Source of the DNA: an uncultured virus (IMG/VR IMGVR_UViG_3300020048_000035)
Lineage: Duplodnaviria; Heunggongvirae; Uroviricota; Caudoviricetes
Virus record (IMG/VR): IMGVR_UViG_3300020048_000035
Direction: 5' to 3' (one strand)
Length of the DNA: 20,000 bases
Shown here: in pieces, positions 8,964 to 17,666 of the stretch
Layout of the letters: each line of letters opens with the position of its first letter
How positions within the stretch are numbered: the stretch's first letter is position 1
Made by a program: the position numbers and the translations under genes
The notes under the pieces: generated by a model
The model's input: the letters and a program-made list of their open reading frames with translations, nothing else
Database searches by the model: none
Told to the model about the DNA's origin: nothing

Positions 8964-9607
8964 GAATTCTTAATTCCTAGTACTAATGAATCAACTTGAG
9001 CATATAGCTCATCCATTGTCCCGTTATTGTTTAGTACATGATTGAATTCCGTGCCAGCCCATGCTGTTTCGCTAGCATGTACCTTGTAATTATCCAACAC
9101 TGATTTATTACTGGCCCAACTTAAGTTCTGGGTAGGGCCACCATTTACTACTTCTGCAGCATGAAACCACTCTGGATCAGTGCCTCGTTTTGTTCTAATA
9201 ACTAACCCACCAGAGGATTTAATTGCGGCAAGTTCATTAGGAAAACGACAATCTGAAATTACCACATTATCTTTAAGATTTCGTATTTTATTTTCAATAC
9301 TGGCAATCCAAATATCATCGTGAAAACCCTTTCGCATTACTTCAGTACCCCAGTATTGTAACACCCATCGTGGAGTTAAATGTGGCATGTTTAATCTTTC
9401 TGCCCACCATAGATCCACTTGCTCCCTCCATTCCCTAGACGCTTTGGTACGACCTTCTAACAGTATTCTGTCCCATCCAAATACAGCCGATACTGCGTCT
9501 TTAAGAGTTCCAGCAAAACTTTCTCTACGAAACCCATGCACATTTACTAGATAATCTGCTACTGTGTCTTTTCCGCTGCCTATTAGACCAGAAATACCGA
9601 TAATCAT
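8960..9607 (-). CDS. gp1: Deoxynucleoside monophosphate kinase (T4 gp1-like)
   Basis: P-loop GLIGSGKDT, SFA..LKD, TPR..LQ..GTEV.R, VISDCRFPNE, HASE, NNGT. Start set at ATG 9607 (ATGA overlap with the GNAT gene). Confidence 0.92.
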   Translation of the reverse strand: MIIGISGLIGSGKDTVADYLVNVHGFRRESFAGTLKDAVSAVFGWDRILLEGRTKASREWREQVDLWWAERLNMPHLTPRWVLQYWGTEVMRKGFHDDIWIASIENKIRNLKDNVVISDCRFPNELAAIKSSGGLVIRTKRGTDPEWFHAAEVVNGGPTQNLSWASNKSVLDNYKVHASETAWAGTEFNHVLNNNGTMDELYAQVDSLVLGIKNS

Positions 9608-10086
9608 ATGTTGTCCTTTATCATTCTTGATGCCATTAAATACCAACCTGACCTATACGATCCTAGTTGTGTAAATCCTAAGTCTGTGTAAAACTTAGGA
9701 ATCTCTGTTGTAATTATAATTGTTCTATCACGACTGCCGGCAAATTCAACAGCCTTGGCTGTTATACTCTTGCCTATACCCTGATTTCTATATTCAGGCT
9801 CAACACATACCCATGTTAAATCATAAAAATACTGTAGATTTGATTCGCTAATAATACCAAATCCCACTATTTTTNNNNNNNNNNTTATTTCCTTTGCCAA
9901 TATATAAAATTTAGGGCTTTCAATTAGATTGATTAGATAAGTTATTTTTCCAACTTCAATCCTGTGCTCTATATTTTTAGACAGCAAATCTGGCATTTTT
10001 CCAGCTGATTTATATACAAACGATTTGGCAAGTAATTCACTTATTTCTGTGATATTATCTATCTTGGTGACAACTTCTATTATCAT
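9604..10086 (-). CDS. GNAT family N-acetyltransferase
   Basis: Motif A VCVEPEYRNQGIGKSI and FYTDLGF; N gap 9875-9884 lies inside the gene. Confidence 0.85.
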   Translation of the reverse strand: MIIEVVTKIDNITEISELLAKSFVYKSAGKMPDLLSKNIEHRIEVGKITYLINLIESPKFYILAKEIXXXXKIVGFGIISESNLQYFYDLTWVCVEPEYRNQGIGKSITAKAVEFAGSRDRTIIITTEIPKFYTDLGFTQLGSYRSGWYLMASRMIKDNI

Positions 10087-10472
10087 TTTGATGTAGTTAT
10101 CCTAGATCTTGCGCTTATTTCTGTAAAAATAATATCTTTAACTGTTGGAATTTTTTGTTTGGGTTGTGATTTTAACCATTTATTGTATTCCCATTTTGAA
10201 CCAAATCCTTGTAACATAGCAGCTCGTTCAACATATTGTGCGGATGTTAAACCTAACTTCCTAGCAGTAGAAGCCATAGCGGGTTCACCATTATAATATT
10301 TTATATTGTGATGGGTTCGGCATAGTCTAGCATACAATGGTTTGTGGTTTACTGTAGAAACCGAGTAAATAATTTTTGGGTTAGTACACCCAGCATGTTC
10401 ACATTTTGGTCTAAGGCTTTTCTCAGGAACATAAGGATTGTATTTTGGGCTCGTTGATTTAAGATTAATCAT
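10083..10472 (-). CDS. Basic hypothetical protein with CxxxxC...CxxH Zn-finger-like motif
   Basis: CEHAGC...LCRTHH; ATGA overlaps at both ends. Confidence 0.7.
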   Translation of the reverse strand: MINLKSTSPKYNPYVPEKSLRPKCEHAGCTNPKIIYSVSTVNHKPLYARLCRTHHNIKYYNGEPAMASTARKLGLTSAQYVERAAMLQGFGSKWEYNKWLKSQPKQKIPTVKDIIFTEISARSRITTSK

Positions 10473-10987
10473 TTAAGTTTCTTTACATTTAAATGGATAA
10501 GAGTTTGTTGGAGTATATCAATTTGTCTGCGACAATCCTCTAGCGCATGATGACTGGTTGGTGGTTTTGGATGGTCAGGCCATAGACTATATACCGTTCT
10601 GGCGTCACGGACTTTAAAATACTGCCATGCGATGGGTCTTCCACGACTTTTGCACGCATTTTCCAGAATGCTTATATCAAAAACAGGGCCATTTGTCCAG
10701 ATCAAATTACATTTCCAACATAACTTATGTAGATTATCCAGTGCTTCTTCTAGTGGAACGCGATTATCTTCTGCCATTGCTTCTGCGGCAGCTTCTGGCT
10801 GTTTTTTCCACCAATCAACAGTGATATCATCAATTCTACGATCTTCTTGACTTTCAAGCGTAATACGAGCGTAGTATTGCTTATCAATATATCCTAAAAC
10901 CAGTGGATCAAAACACTGTGCTGCTATTGTTAGAATAGTAGCATCAGGCGTAACTGCTAGGGTTTCAATATCTATCATTATATCCAT
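10469..10987 (-). CDS. DEDDh 3'-5' exonuclease (Rv2179c/DexA-like)
   Basis: ExoI MIDIETL, ExoII WTNGPVFD, RDART, ExoIII HHALED. Confidence 0.9.
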   Translation of the reverse strand: MDIMIDIETLAVTPDATILTIAAQCFDPLVLGYIDKQYYARITLESQEDRRIDDITVDWWKKQPEAAAEAMAEDNRVPLEEALDNLHKLCWKCNLIWTNGPVFDISILENACKSRGRPIAWQYFKVRDARTVYSLWPDHPKPPTSHHALEDCRRQIDILQQTLIHLNVKKLK

Positions 10988-10993
10988 TTTATT

Positions 10994-11022
10994 ATTATAA
11001 TAGAATGGATAGCAAATAACAA
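10994..11022 (-). promoter_or_regulatory. Sigma70-type promoter TTGTTA-N17-TATAAT, leaderless
   Basis: -10 at 10994-10999 ends 6 nt before ATG 10987; -35 at 11017-11022. Confidence 0.65.
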
Positions 11023-11026
11023 ACTT

Positions 11027-11048
11027 TTTGGTTAATTAATTAACCAAA
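11027..11048. repeat. Perfect 22-bp palindrome TTTGGTTAATTAATTAACCAAA
   Basis: Lies between the stop at 11049 and the -35 box at 11022. Confidence 0.8.
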
Positions 11049-11528
11049 TTACTTAATGCGTATCCACACATAGTTTGTATATTCATCATCACTTGTTTTA
11101 CTAAATTGCCAACCTGCGCCCAATAATTGATTAAAGAATCTAACTACACGATTATCATATAGTCTTATCCTACTAATATCTTTGATAGCAGCCTGAAATC
11201 TAATACTAGTTGAAACTAGCGAGTGTTGATGAATAAATTTTGGTAATTCTTTTTTTATAATTTGTGCCACTGTGCTAAATATTTTATATTGATCACCACC
11301 ACCTGTGATATCAATTTCATCATCAACCCTAAATTCTATATCTATTGTCGCTATTACCTTTCCGGAAGAACTATCATATTCAAGCCCATTGTAAAATATA
11401 ACATCAATCTTACCATTATCAGCGGTATAGGTTGTTTGTTCACTGGACGTAGGCGCTTTGTCATATTTGTATGGATTATCGCCCAGCTCAGTCAAATTAG
11501 ATTCAGCCATGATTTCTTTGAAACGCAT
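11049..11528 (-). CDS. Hypothetical protein, DUF6934-like, with capsid-targeting-like leader
   Basis: GGGDQYKIFSTV...IRFQA...SRIRLY motif. Start set at MRFKEIMAE (TAATG overlap with the gp13 stop). Confidence 0.6.
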   Translation of the reverse strand: MRFKEIMAESNLTELGDNPYKYDKAPTSSEQTTYTADNGKIDVIFYNGLEYDSSSGKVIATIDIEFRVDDEIDITGGGDQYKIFSTVAQIIKKELPKFIHQHSLVSTSIRFQAAIKDISRIRLYDNRVVRFFNQLLGAGWQFSKTSDDEYTNYVWIRIK

Positions 11529-12298
11529 TAACCAATTACCCATGTCAGCGGTTGAGATCCATCTACGTAATCAGTTAAATCTTTAAGACATTGTGCCATT
11601 AATTCTTTGGCGTCGGCCTTCATGGCAGCGCCATTTAGAGTGGTTGACCCCTGTGGACCAGCAATAGTGCCAAATTTTTCACGAGCATCACCAATAATCA
11701 TTTTACAGTTAGCATACATATACTGTCGAATCCACTGACGAATTTGAAAATCTGAAAGTAAATTTACCTCTGGCTTTAAATTGTATGTCCATAACAGCAC
11801 ATCCTCTCCGGATGCCTTGGGGTCACGAATTAGTTGAAGCTTTTTGGTTACTGGATTCCATGTATAGTTCATATATGCCCCAAACATACGACCAGCCAGT
11901 TCAACATATTGTGAATAGAAGTCGTATGTAGCTAATCCACCTGCCACATTGAAATTCATTAAATAGACATTCAACGAAGCCTGACTAAATGGATCAAAAT
12001 TTGAAGCATATGGTCCGGTTGAATCGCCAAAAGTTCTACGAAATATCTGTCTTACCTGAATAACTTCATCAGGTAAATCATAAATGCTTACATTAGCCAC
12101 CAATTCCATGAACGTGTAACTTTCTTCATAAGCATTTTGTGCTCTTTGACGATATGTACCAATACTGTTGCGATATGCCGATTCGTAATGACTAGCATCC
12201 AGCTCTATATCAATAATATCATCGGCTAATTGAAGCCTAACATATTCAATTAGATCTTGTTTAAGTGTTTCTAGTGTAGATTGTGATTGCTCTGCCAT
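11528..12298 (-). CDS. gp13: Neck protein / head-tail adaptor (gp13-like)
   Basis: IDIELD..HY, YDLPDEVIQV, WIRQY..A..K..IG.AREKF, TTLNG motifs; 256 aa. Confidence 0.85.
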   Translation of the reverse strand: MAEQSQSTLETLKQDLIEYVRLQLADDIIDIELDASHYESAYRNSIGTYRQRAQNAYEESYTFMELVANVSIYDLPDEVIQVRQIFRRTFGDSTGPYASNFDPFSQASLNVYLMNFNVAGGLATYDFYSQYVELAGRMFGAYMNYTWNPVTKKLQLIRDPKASGEDVLLWTYNLKPEVNLLSDFQIRQWIRQYMYANCKMIIGDAREKFGTIAGPQGSTTLNGAAMKADAKELMAQCLKDLTDYVDGSQPLTWVIG

Positions 12299-12316
12299 AT
12301 GGACTCCATGTCCATA

Positions 12317-12322
12317 TATTTA
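12317..12322 (-). promoter_or_regulatory. Late promoter box TAAATA for gp13 followed by an RBS-sequestering hairpin
   Basis: CTAAATATATGGAC-ATGGA-GTCCATATG; 8-bp stem at 12297-12317. Confidence 0.7.
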
Positions 12323-12328
12323 GCAGAT

Positions 12329-13485
12329 TTACCACGCCTTTAAGATTACCAAATTATCGTTACTACGCCCTGTATATTTGATTTCAGTGGATTTGATCTC
12401 TTTAAATGCCTTACGAGCGGCAGGTTTACCTACACTCATGATAGCTTTGATTTGTTCCTTGGGTTTGCGTAGAGTTTTCTGAATTGTAGCCAAAGCATCA
12501 AATGCAATCAAGGATGATCCTTTGATTGTAAATGTTCCCGCGTGTGTGTCCGCGACAACATAGATCAACTTACGCTTTGATGTATCATAAATGAAAGCTT
12601 CAGACGCACCCACTAAACTAGTTGCTGGCAGAGATGTAAGACCCAGTTCAGCAAATTCTTTAAGATATTTAAATTTTAAAGCTACTTTTTCTGGACTCAC
12701 TGCCTTTTTGGCACGAGGCTTACGTTCTACTTTCTTAATTGAAATATAAGATTGACAGTCAGCAAGTACAGTTTCGCAGAATTTTACACAGCTTTTTAGC
12801 TGTGGCTTAGTAAGATGGCTATATCCTTCTACTAATTGTGGATCCTTGCCTTCTACAACTTCTTCAAGTTCTGTTAGCCGCAACTTCCATACTGCTGTGA
12901 TATTAGGAATCATTTGTGTGGAAATATTCATGCCGCGAATTAACGCAATAGGTTTGAAATTTGCCGACATCTTGGCATCAGCCTCAATAAAATCGTCATA
13001 CATAGCTTCAAGTTCAGCAGCACATTCTGACGCTTTTTCGCGCAGATGATCTTGGATGGTTAGCTTTTGTTGTGCCGATTCTTCGGAAGTGGCAGCAACT
13101 TTTTGTTCTTCTTGTTTACTGGCCAATAAATCAGCAAGGTGTTCTGACAATACAGATTGCTCCATTTCTGTGAGTTGTAATCCCATTACCGACATCCTGC
13201 AGATCCATCCTGTTGTTGTTTTTACACGACTATCAGGAATACCACGCATCAGTTTTGCTNNNNNNNNNNTTCTTTAACTTTTTTATTAATTTCAAAATAT
13301 TGAATAATTAAATCTTTAGCTTCCTTACGGCTATAAGAATAGTTATACCAATTGAATGCCTTGGTTAACGCAGTAACGCGGGTTTCTGCATTAGGTTGTG
13401 TAAGCCACTCGGGTTCTGAGCCAATAAATTTAGCATCTTCGCCCCGTGGAACAAGTCGTTTGATTGTGGTTGATAGTTTTGTCAT
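12329..13485 (-). CDS. Hypothetical phage protein (~381 aa), one gene split by N gap 13260-13269
   Basis: Gap flanks join with a 1-nt overlap as ...KKVKE-AKLMRGIP; basic C-terminal domain (KTLRKPKE, GRSN..LVIL). Confidence 0.8.
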
Positions 13486-13494
13486 AGTGTTACC

Positions 13495-13523
13495 AGTGTA
13501 GTAGTTAAATTAAAAAATGTCAA
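13495..13523 (-). promoter_or_regulatory. Sigma70-type promoter TTGACA-N17-TACACT
   Basis: Perfect -35 at 13518-13523; -10 at 13495-13500, 9 nt before ATG 13485; no SD. Confidence 0.8.
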
Positions 13524-13771
13524 GTTAAAAGTAACGCAAGTGTTATATGATACTCTAAATTGTCCAATAATACTGTTGTTGAAGCTAATAAATCCTTATA
13601 TTTGGGTGTTTCTTTCTTAAGTCGTCTACATTCTACCGATTCTTTGCTAATTTCTTTAACAAAAGAATCAATATTTTTAATCATTTTTTGAAGATCACGC
13701 TGATTTTGTTTCTTTTTAACAAGAAACAGTTGTTTTTCAGCGGCAGATAGTCGTTCTAAAATTTCATCCAT
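13520..13771 (-). CDS. Small helical/coiled-coil hypothetical protein (83 aa)
   Basis: ATG ORF with its own promoter; fills the space between neighbours. Confidence 0.75.
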   Translation of the reverse strand: MDEILERLSAAEKQLFLVKKKQNQRDLQKMIKNIDSFVKEISKESVECRRLKKETPKYKDLLASTTVLLDNLEYHITLALLLT

Positions 13772-13777
13772 GTAGTA

Positions 13778-13806
13778 ATTATGTATGGTTTGTAATTAGT
13801 TGTCAA
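13778..13806 (-). promoter_or_regulatory. Sigma70-type promoter TTGACA-N17-CATAAT, leaderless
   Basis: -35 at 13801-13806; -10 at 13778-13783, 6 nt before ATG 13771. Confidence 0.8.
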
Positions 13807-13818
13807 GTGAATCTTAAC

Positions 13819-13824
13819 TAAATA
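13819..13824 (+). promoter_or_regulatory. Late promoter box TAAATA, leaderless, for the gp14-gp15-Nudix operon
   Basis: TAAATA-CTAGACT-ATG; the 13-mer AACTAAATACTAG is shared with 19399-19411 on the minus strand. Confidence 0.75.
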
Positions 13825-13831
13825 CTAGACT

Positions 13832-15184
13832 ATGCCCAAACTCAGCCTATACAGACCCAACCGAACCAATGACTATCAATATTTGGATCGTATCATATCC
13901 GAACGATATACTATAGGTGGTGTGGATATGTATGTTCACAAATATATGGGTCCAATTGTAGATACCACAGACAATCCAGGTAATGCTGATGCTACCCTAC
14001 CAGTATATACCTCTGAGAATCCCTTGTTTATTGAAGATTTACTCTTGCTGGAAAACAGAGACCGAGCATATGATCCAAACGTTTATATCATGCGTGGAGT
14101 GTACACACACCAAGATATTAACTTTGATCTAACACAATTTGGGTTGTTTTTAAACAACGATACCTTATATATTACATTTCACTATAACGATATGATTGAT
14201 AGCTTTGGTCGTAAATTGATGACAGGCGATGTGTTAGAATTACCAAGTATGAAAGATTACTATCCGTTAAATCAAAATGTAACCAGAGCATTACCCAGAT
14301 ATTACGTCATTCAAGATGCTGCTTATGCCGCCGAAGGATTTAGCCAAACTTGGCTACCACATTTATGGCGTGTCAAAGCTACACCCATGGTTAATGCTCA
14401 AGAATATCAACAAATTATAAATCAGCCGTTGATGCCAGATAATATTTGGGACAATGGAAACTTTTATCCACAGGGAATGGTAGTGGATAATGGCGGAAAA
14501 TATTACGAATCAACAAAAAATGTACCTGCTGGGACTGATATTAATGATCCAAACTACTGGGCATTAATTGAAAATCCAACAACAATGGGTGATGCTAACT
14601 CAACCAGAAATAAAGATTTGGCAATTAATGATGCGTTGGTTGTACAGGCAAACGTTGAAGTTCCATTATCAGGATATGACAACGTGTCATTTTATATAAT
14701 ACCAAATACACCAAACGGACAACCAAGCGCAGAAGGTTTGTTTACAGACCAAACTGCTGTTACGGTGGATGGCACTCAACTAGGCGAAGGTACAAGTCCA
14801 GAGAATTTTGGTTGGACAGTGGGATACTTAACCGGTGACAAACTAGCACCAAACGGATTACCGGTTACACCCGGAGTCAGTTTTCCACATAATCCCAGCA
14901 CAGGTGATTACTGTTTACGATTAGACTATTCACCAAATCGCTTGTTCAGATACAGTGGAGCAATTTGGATTGCCATTAGTGAAGATGTTCGCACTCCGCT
15001 AGATTGGGGTCCAGAAAATGGAACTCTGCGTAGCTCATTTGTTAATAACACATATACTGTTAGAACATCAGATCAAGGTAATATTCCTTCACGCCAATCA
15101 CTCTCAGAATTACTTAGACCCCAAGCTGATAACGGCAACCAAGGCGGAAATTTACCACCTAACCCAAGACCTCCAGGAAAATAA
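13832..15184 (+). CDS. gp14: Neck/head-closure protein (gp14-like) with CBM5/12-like insertion and C-terminal extension
   Basis: DLLLLENRDRAYD, LTQFGLFL.ND, GRKLMTGDVLELP motifs; directly upstream of gp15. Confidence 0.75.
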   Translation: MPKLSLYRPNRTNDYQYLDRIISERYTIGGVDMYVHKYMGPIVDTTDNPGNADATLPVYTSENPLFIEDLLLLENRDRAYDPNVYIMRGVYTHQDINFDLTQFGLFLNNDTLYITFHYNDMIDSFGRKLMTGDVLELPSMKDYYPLNQNVTRALPRYYVIQDAAYAAEGFSQTWLPHLWRVKATPMVNAQEYQQIINQPLMPDNIWDNGNFYPQGMVVDNGGKYYESTKNVPAGTDINDPNYWALIENPTTMGDANSTRNKDLAINDALVVQANVEVPLSGYDNVSFYIIPNTPNGQPSAEGLFTDQTAVTVDGTQLGEGTSPENFGWTVGYLTGDKLAPNGLPVTPGVSFPHNPSTGDYCLRLDYSPNRLFRYSGAIWIAISEDVRTPLDWGPENGTLRSSFVNNTYTVRTSDQGNIPSRQSLSELLRPQADNGNQGGNLPPNPRPPGK

Positions 15185-16587
15185 TGACACAGCAATATTT
15201 TTTTGACGGACAAATTCGTCGGTTTTTAACACAATTTGCCAGAATGTTTTCCGGATTCCAAGTGGAATTTGGCCGCAATGAAGCTGGTGCCGCCAACACA
15301 GGAGACACTTTGTATCGTGTTCCAATAAGATATGGCGATAGTACACGACAAGTTCAAACTATTTTACAGGATAACAGTGCTAGTAACATGCCAGCCACTC
15401 CGTTAATGACATTTTATATTACCGGACTAGATTTTGATCGCCCCCGCATGCAGAACCCAGCATTTGTTCAAAGTAATGTTATACGCCAACGGGAATACGA
15501 TCAAAATACTGGCATGTATGAAACTACACAGGGCAATGCCTTTACTGTTGAAAGATATATGCCTGCTCCATATAAATTGTCAGTTAATTTAGATATTTGG
15601 ACAAGTAATACTAATCAAAAAATGCAGTTAATGGAGCAAATATTACCCTTGTTTAATCCCAGTTTAGAAATACAAAGTACAGATAATTTTTTAGATTGGA
15701 CTAGTTTAAGTATAGTAGAACTGGTGTCAACTGGATGGAGTAGTAAAAGTATCCCACAGGGTACAGAAGATCCAATTGACATTTCCACCATTAAATTTGC
15801 GTTACCCGTATGGTTATCCCTACCAGCTAAAGTTAAGAAATTGGGTATCGTCGAGACTATTATTGCTTCGGTATTTGATGGGTCAGGTGATTTAGTTAAT
15901 GCGATTGCCAACAGTGATTTATTGTTGGGTACACGCCAATATATCACACCATACGGATATCAAGTAGTATTAATCGGCAACAAATTGCAAATTTTAGCCA
16001 GAGCTGCTATTGTTGATGAAAATAATGAACAATTGGCACCACCAAATCCAGTTGAACCTAGTAACGTACTGTGGACTCCATTTGTAAACATGTATGGTGT
16101 TTTGCGGTCAGGTATTAGTATCGTGGCATTAACGCAAGAAGATGGAAGTCAAGTATATGGTAACGTAAGTTTTGATCCGACTAATGATCAATTTTTACTA
16201 TTTTCAGTAATTCCAGAATCTGTACCTGCCAATACAATGCCACCTGTAAGTTCAGTCATTAATCCTCGGGTTAGCGGACCAGGTCAAGGATTGCCTGTTG
16301 CCACTATTGGAGAACGATATCTACTAACCGAGGCAACAGGTAGTGATAACGGATACGCACAAGCTTGGGCCGGCACATCTGGTGAAATATTAGTTGCTTA
16401 TCCCAACGATATTATACAGTATGATGGCTCAAGATGGATAATTACTTTTGATAGTAGTAGTTCTAACGATAATTCACAATATGTTACAAACATCACAACA
16501 GAAATTCAGTATAGATGGACAGGTTATAACTGGGTTAAATCATATCAAGGTCAATATCCCGGAGGCCAATGGAGTCTCATAATTTAA
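15184..16587 (+). CDS. gp15: Tail sheath stabilizer / tail terminator (gp15-like)
   Basis: YFFDGQIRRF...F..MFS, VPIRYG, PAPYKL...LDIWT, QLMEQILPLFNP motifs. Confidence 0.88.
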   Translation: MTQQYFFDGQIRRFLTQFARMFSGFQVEFGRNEAGAANTGDTLYRVPIRYGDSTRQVQTILQDNSASNMPATPLMTFYITGLDFDRPRMQNPAFVQSNVIRQREYDQNTGMYETTQGNAFTVERYMPAPYKLSVNLDIWTSNTNQKMQLMEQILPLFNPSLEIQSTDNFLDWTSLSIVELVSTGWSSKSIPQGTEDPIDISTIKFALPVWLSLPAKVKKLGIVETIIASVFDGSGDLVNAIANSDLLLGTRQYITPYGYQVVLIGNKLQILARAAIVDENNEQLAPPNPVEPSNVLWTPFVNMYGVLRSGISIVALTQEDGSQVYGNVSFDPTNDQFLLFSVIPESVPANTMPPVSSVINPRVSGPGQGLPVATIGERYLLTEATGSDNGYAQAWAGTSGEILVAYPNDIIQYDGSRWIITFDSSSSNDNSQYVTNITTEIQYRWTGYNWVKSYQGQYPGGQWSLII

Positions 16588-17018
16588 AAACTGTTAATGC
16601 CGTTGGCATTTGGTTTTACAGTCAATCCACTAATCGTTACCTATATCTATTACGAAATGACACTAAACATCCTGATTCATGGGGATTAGCCGGTGGTAAA
16701 ATAGAATCTGGTGAAAGCATCATGGCTGCGATGGTACGGGAATGTGAAGAAGAATTAGGCTCAATGCCTGATTATGTCAAGCTAATGCCTCTAGAAAAAT
16801 TCACAAGTGCTGACAATGGATTTGTTTACAACACATTTTTTTGTGTTGTCACTGATGAATTTAAACCTATTCTTAATGATGAACATTTAGGATATGCGTG
16901 GATTGATTCTGGCACTTGGCCTAAGCCGCTACATCCTGGATTATGGAGTACGGTAAATTTTGAAGCAGTACGAAACAAGATAGCTATTATACAAACTCAG
17001 CTTCAAACATCGCAGTAA
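16569..17018 (+). CDS. Nudix hydrolase
   Basis: Nudix box GGKIESGESIMAAMVRECEEELG; LNDEH..YAW. Confidence 0.92.
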   Translation: MESHNLKTVNAVGIWFYSQSTNRYLYLLRNDTKHPDSWGLAGGKIESGESIMAAMVRECEEELGSMPDYVKLMPLEKFTSADNGFVYNTFFCVVTDEFKPILNDEHLGYAWIDSGTWPKPLHPGLWSTVNFEAVRNKIAIIQTQLQTSQ

Positions 17019-17665
17019 GTTACAAAATCTCTGTTGTTCATTGCTTTTGTATTTGGACAAGATAGCCATTCATCTGACATATTAAATTCATTACCAACCA
17101 TAATAAACATTGTGCCGGCATATGCTTTTATAACCTCAGTAATTTGTTTGATCCAATTGTCATGACCCGCTGTCATTTCTTTACTATATCCCACTAGATA
17201 AACTTCATTATGTCCGTCAAATGCCGCAAGATAAATGGGCAATACTTCAGAACACATATGTGGATGTTGCGGTATTAAGTAAAACTCACCGGGTTTCTTT
17301 GTACAATTTTTAGCAGTAGTATAGACAATATTATTTTCTGTGTACTTGCTTTCAACAAGTGGTATTAATTTATTAAGATCAGTATCAACAGTAAAGTCTA
17401 GTCTCATTTGTGTGGCTATTTCAGCTGTGCCATATGTTTGAACTTTTAAACTACCAAGTAATCCACCGCGATGTGTTGCCAGTACACGATAGTCTAATCT
17501 AGTGATATCATCACCACTACCTATGGCAACAGCACGTCCTGATAAGTGTTGATTTATAATTGGGTTAGCAATCCATTCACGTTTTTCGTGTTTCTTACCA
17601 CCTGACCATTTTGATTCGGTAATTACAAATTCACCTGGATAATCCTTTCTATATCTAGCTTCCAT
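17003..17665 (-). CDS. Divergent DUF115/MAF or GT29-like nucleotide-binding protein
   Basis: RAVAIGSG, TYGTA, DFTVDTD and YLAAFDGHNEVYLVGY follow the family motif order. Start set at MEARYRKDY, 1 nt after the upstream stop. Confidence 0.55.
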   Translation of the reverse strand: MEARYRKDYPGEFVITESKWSGGKKHEKREWIANPIINQHLSGRAVAIGSGDDITRLDYRVLATHRGGLLGSLKVQTYGTAEIATQMRLDFTVDTDLNKLIPLVESKYTENNIVYTTAKNCTKKPGEFYLIPQHPHMCSEVLPIYLAAFDGHNEVYLVGYSKEMTAGHDNWIKQITEVIKAYAGTMFIMVGNEFNMSDEWLSCPNTKAMNNRDFVTYCDV

Positions 17666-17666
17666 A

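Noticed and set aside
13249..13269. Two separate genes (78 aa and 306 aa) or a pseudogene
   Set aside because: The N gap explains the shift; the flanks overlap by 1 nt.
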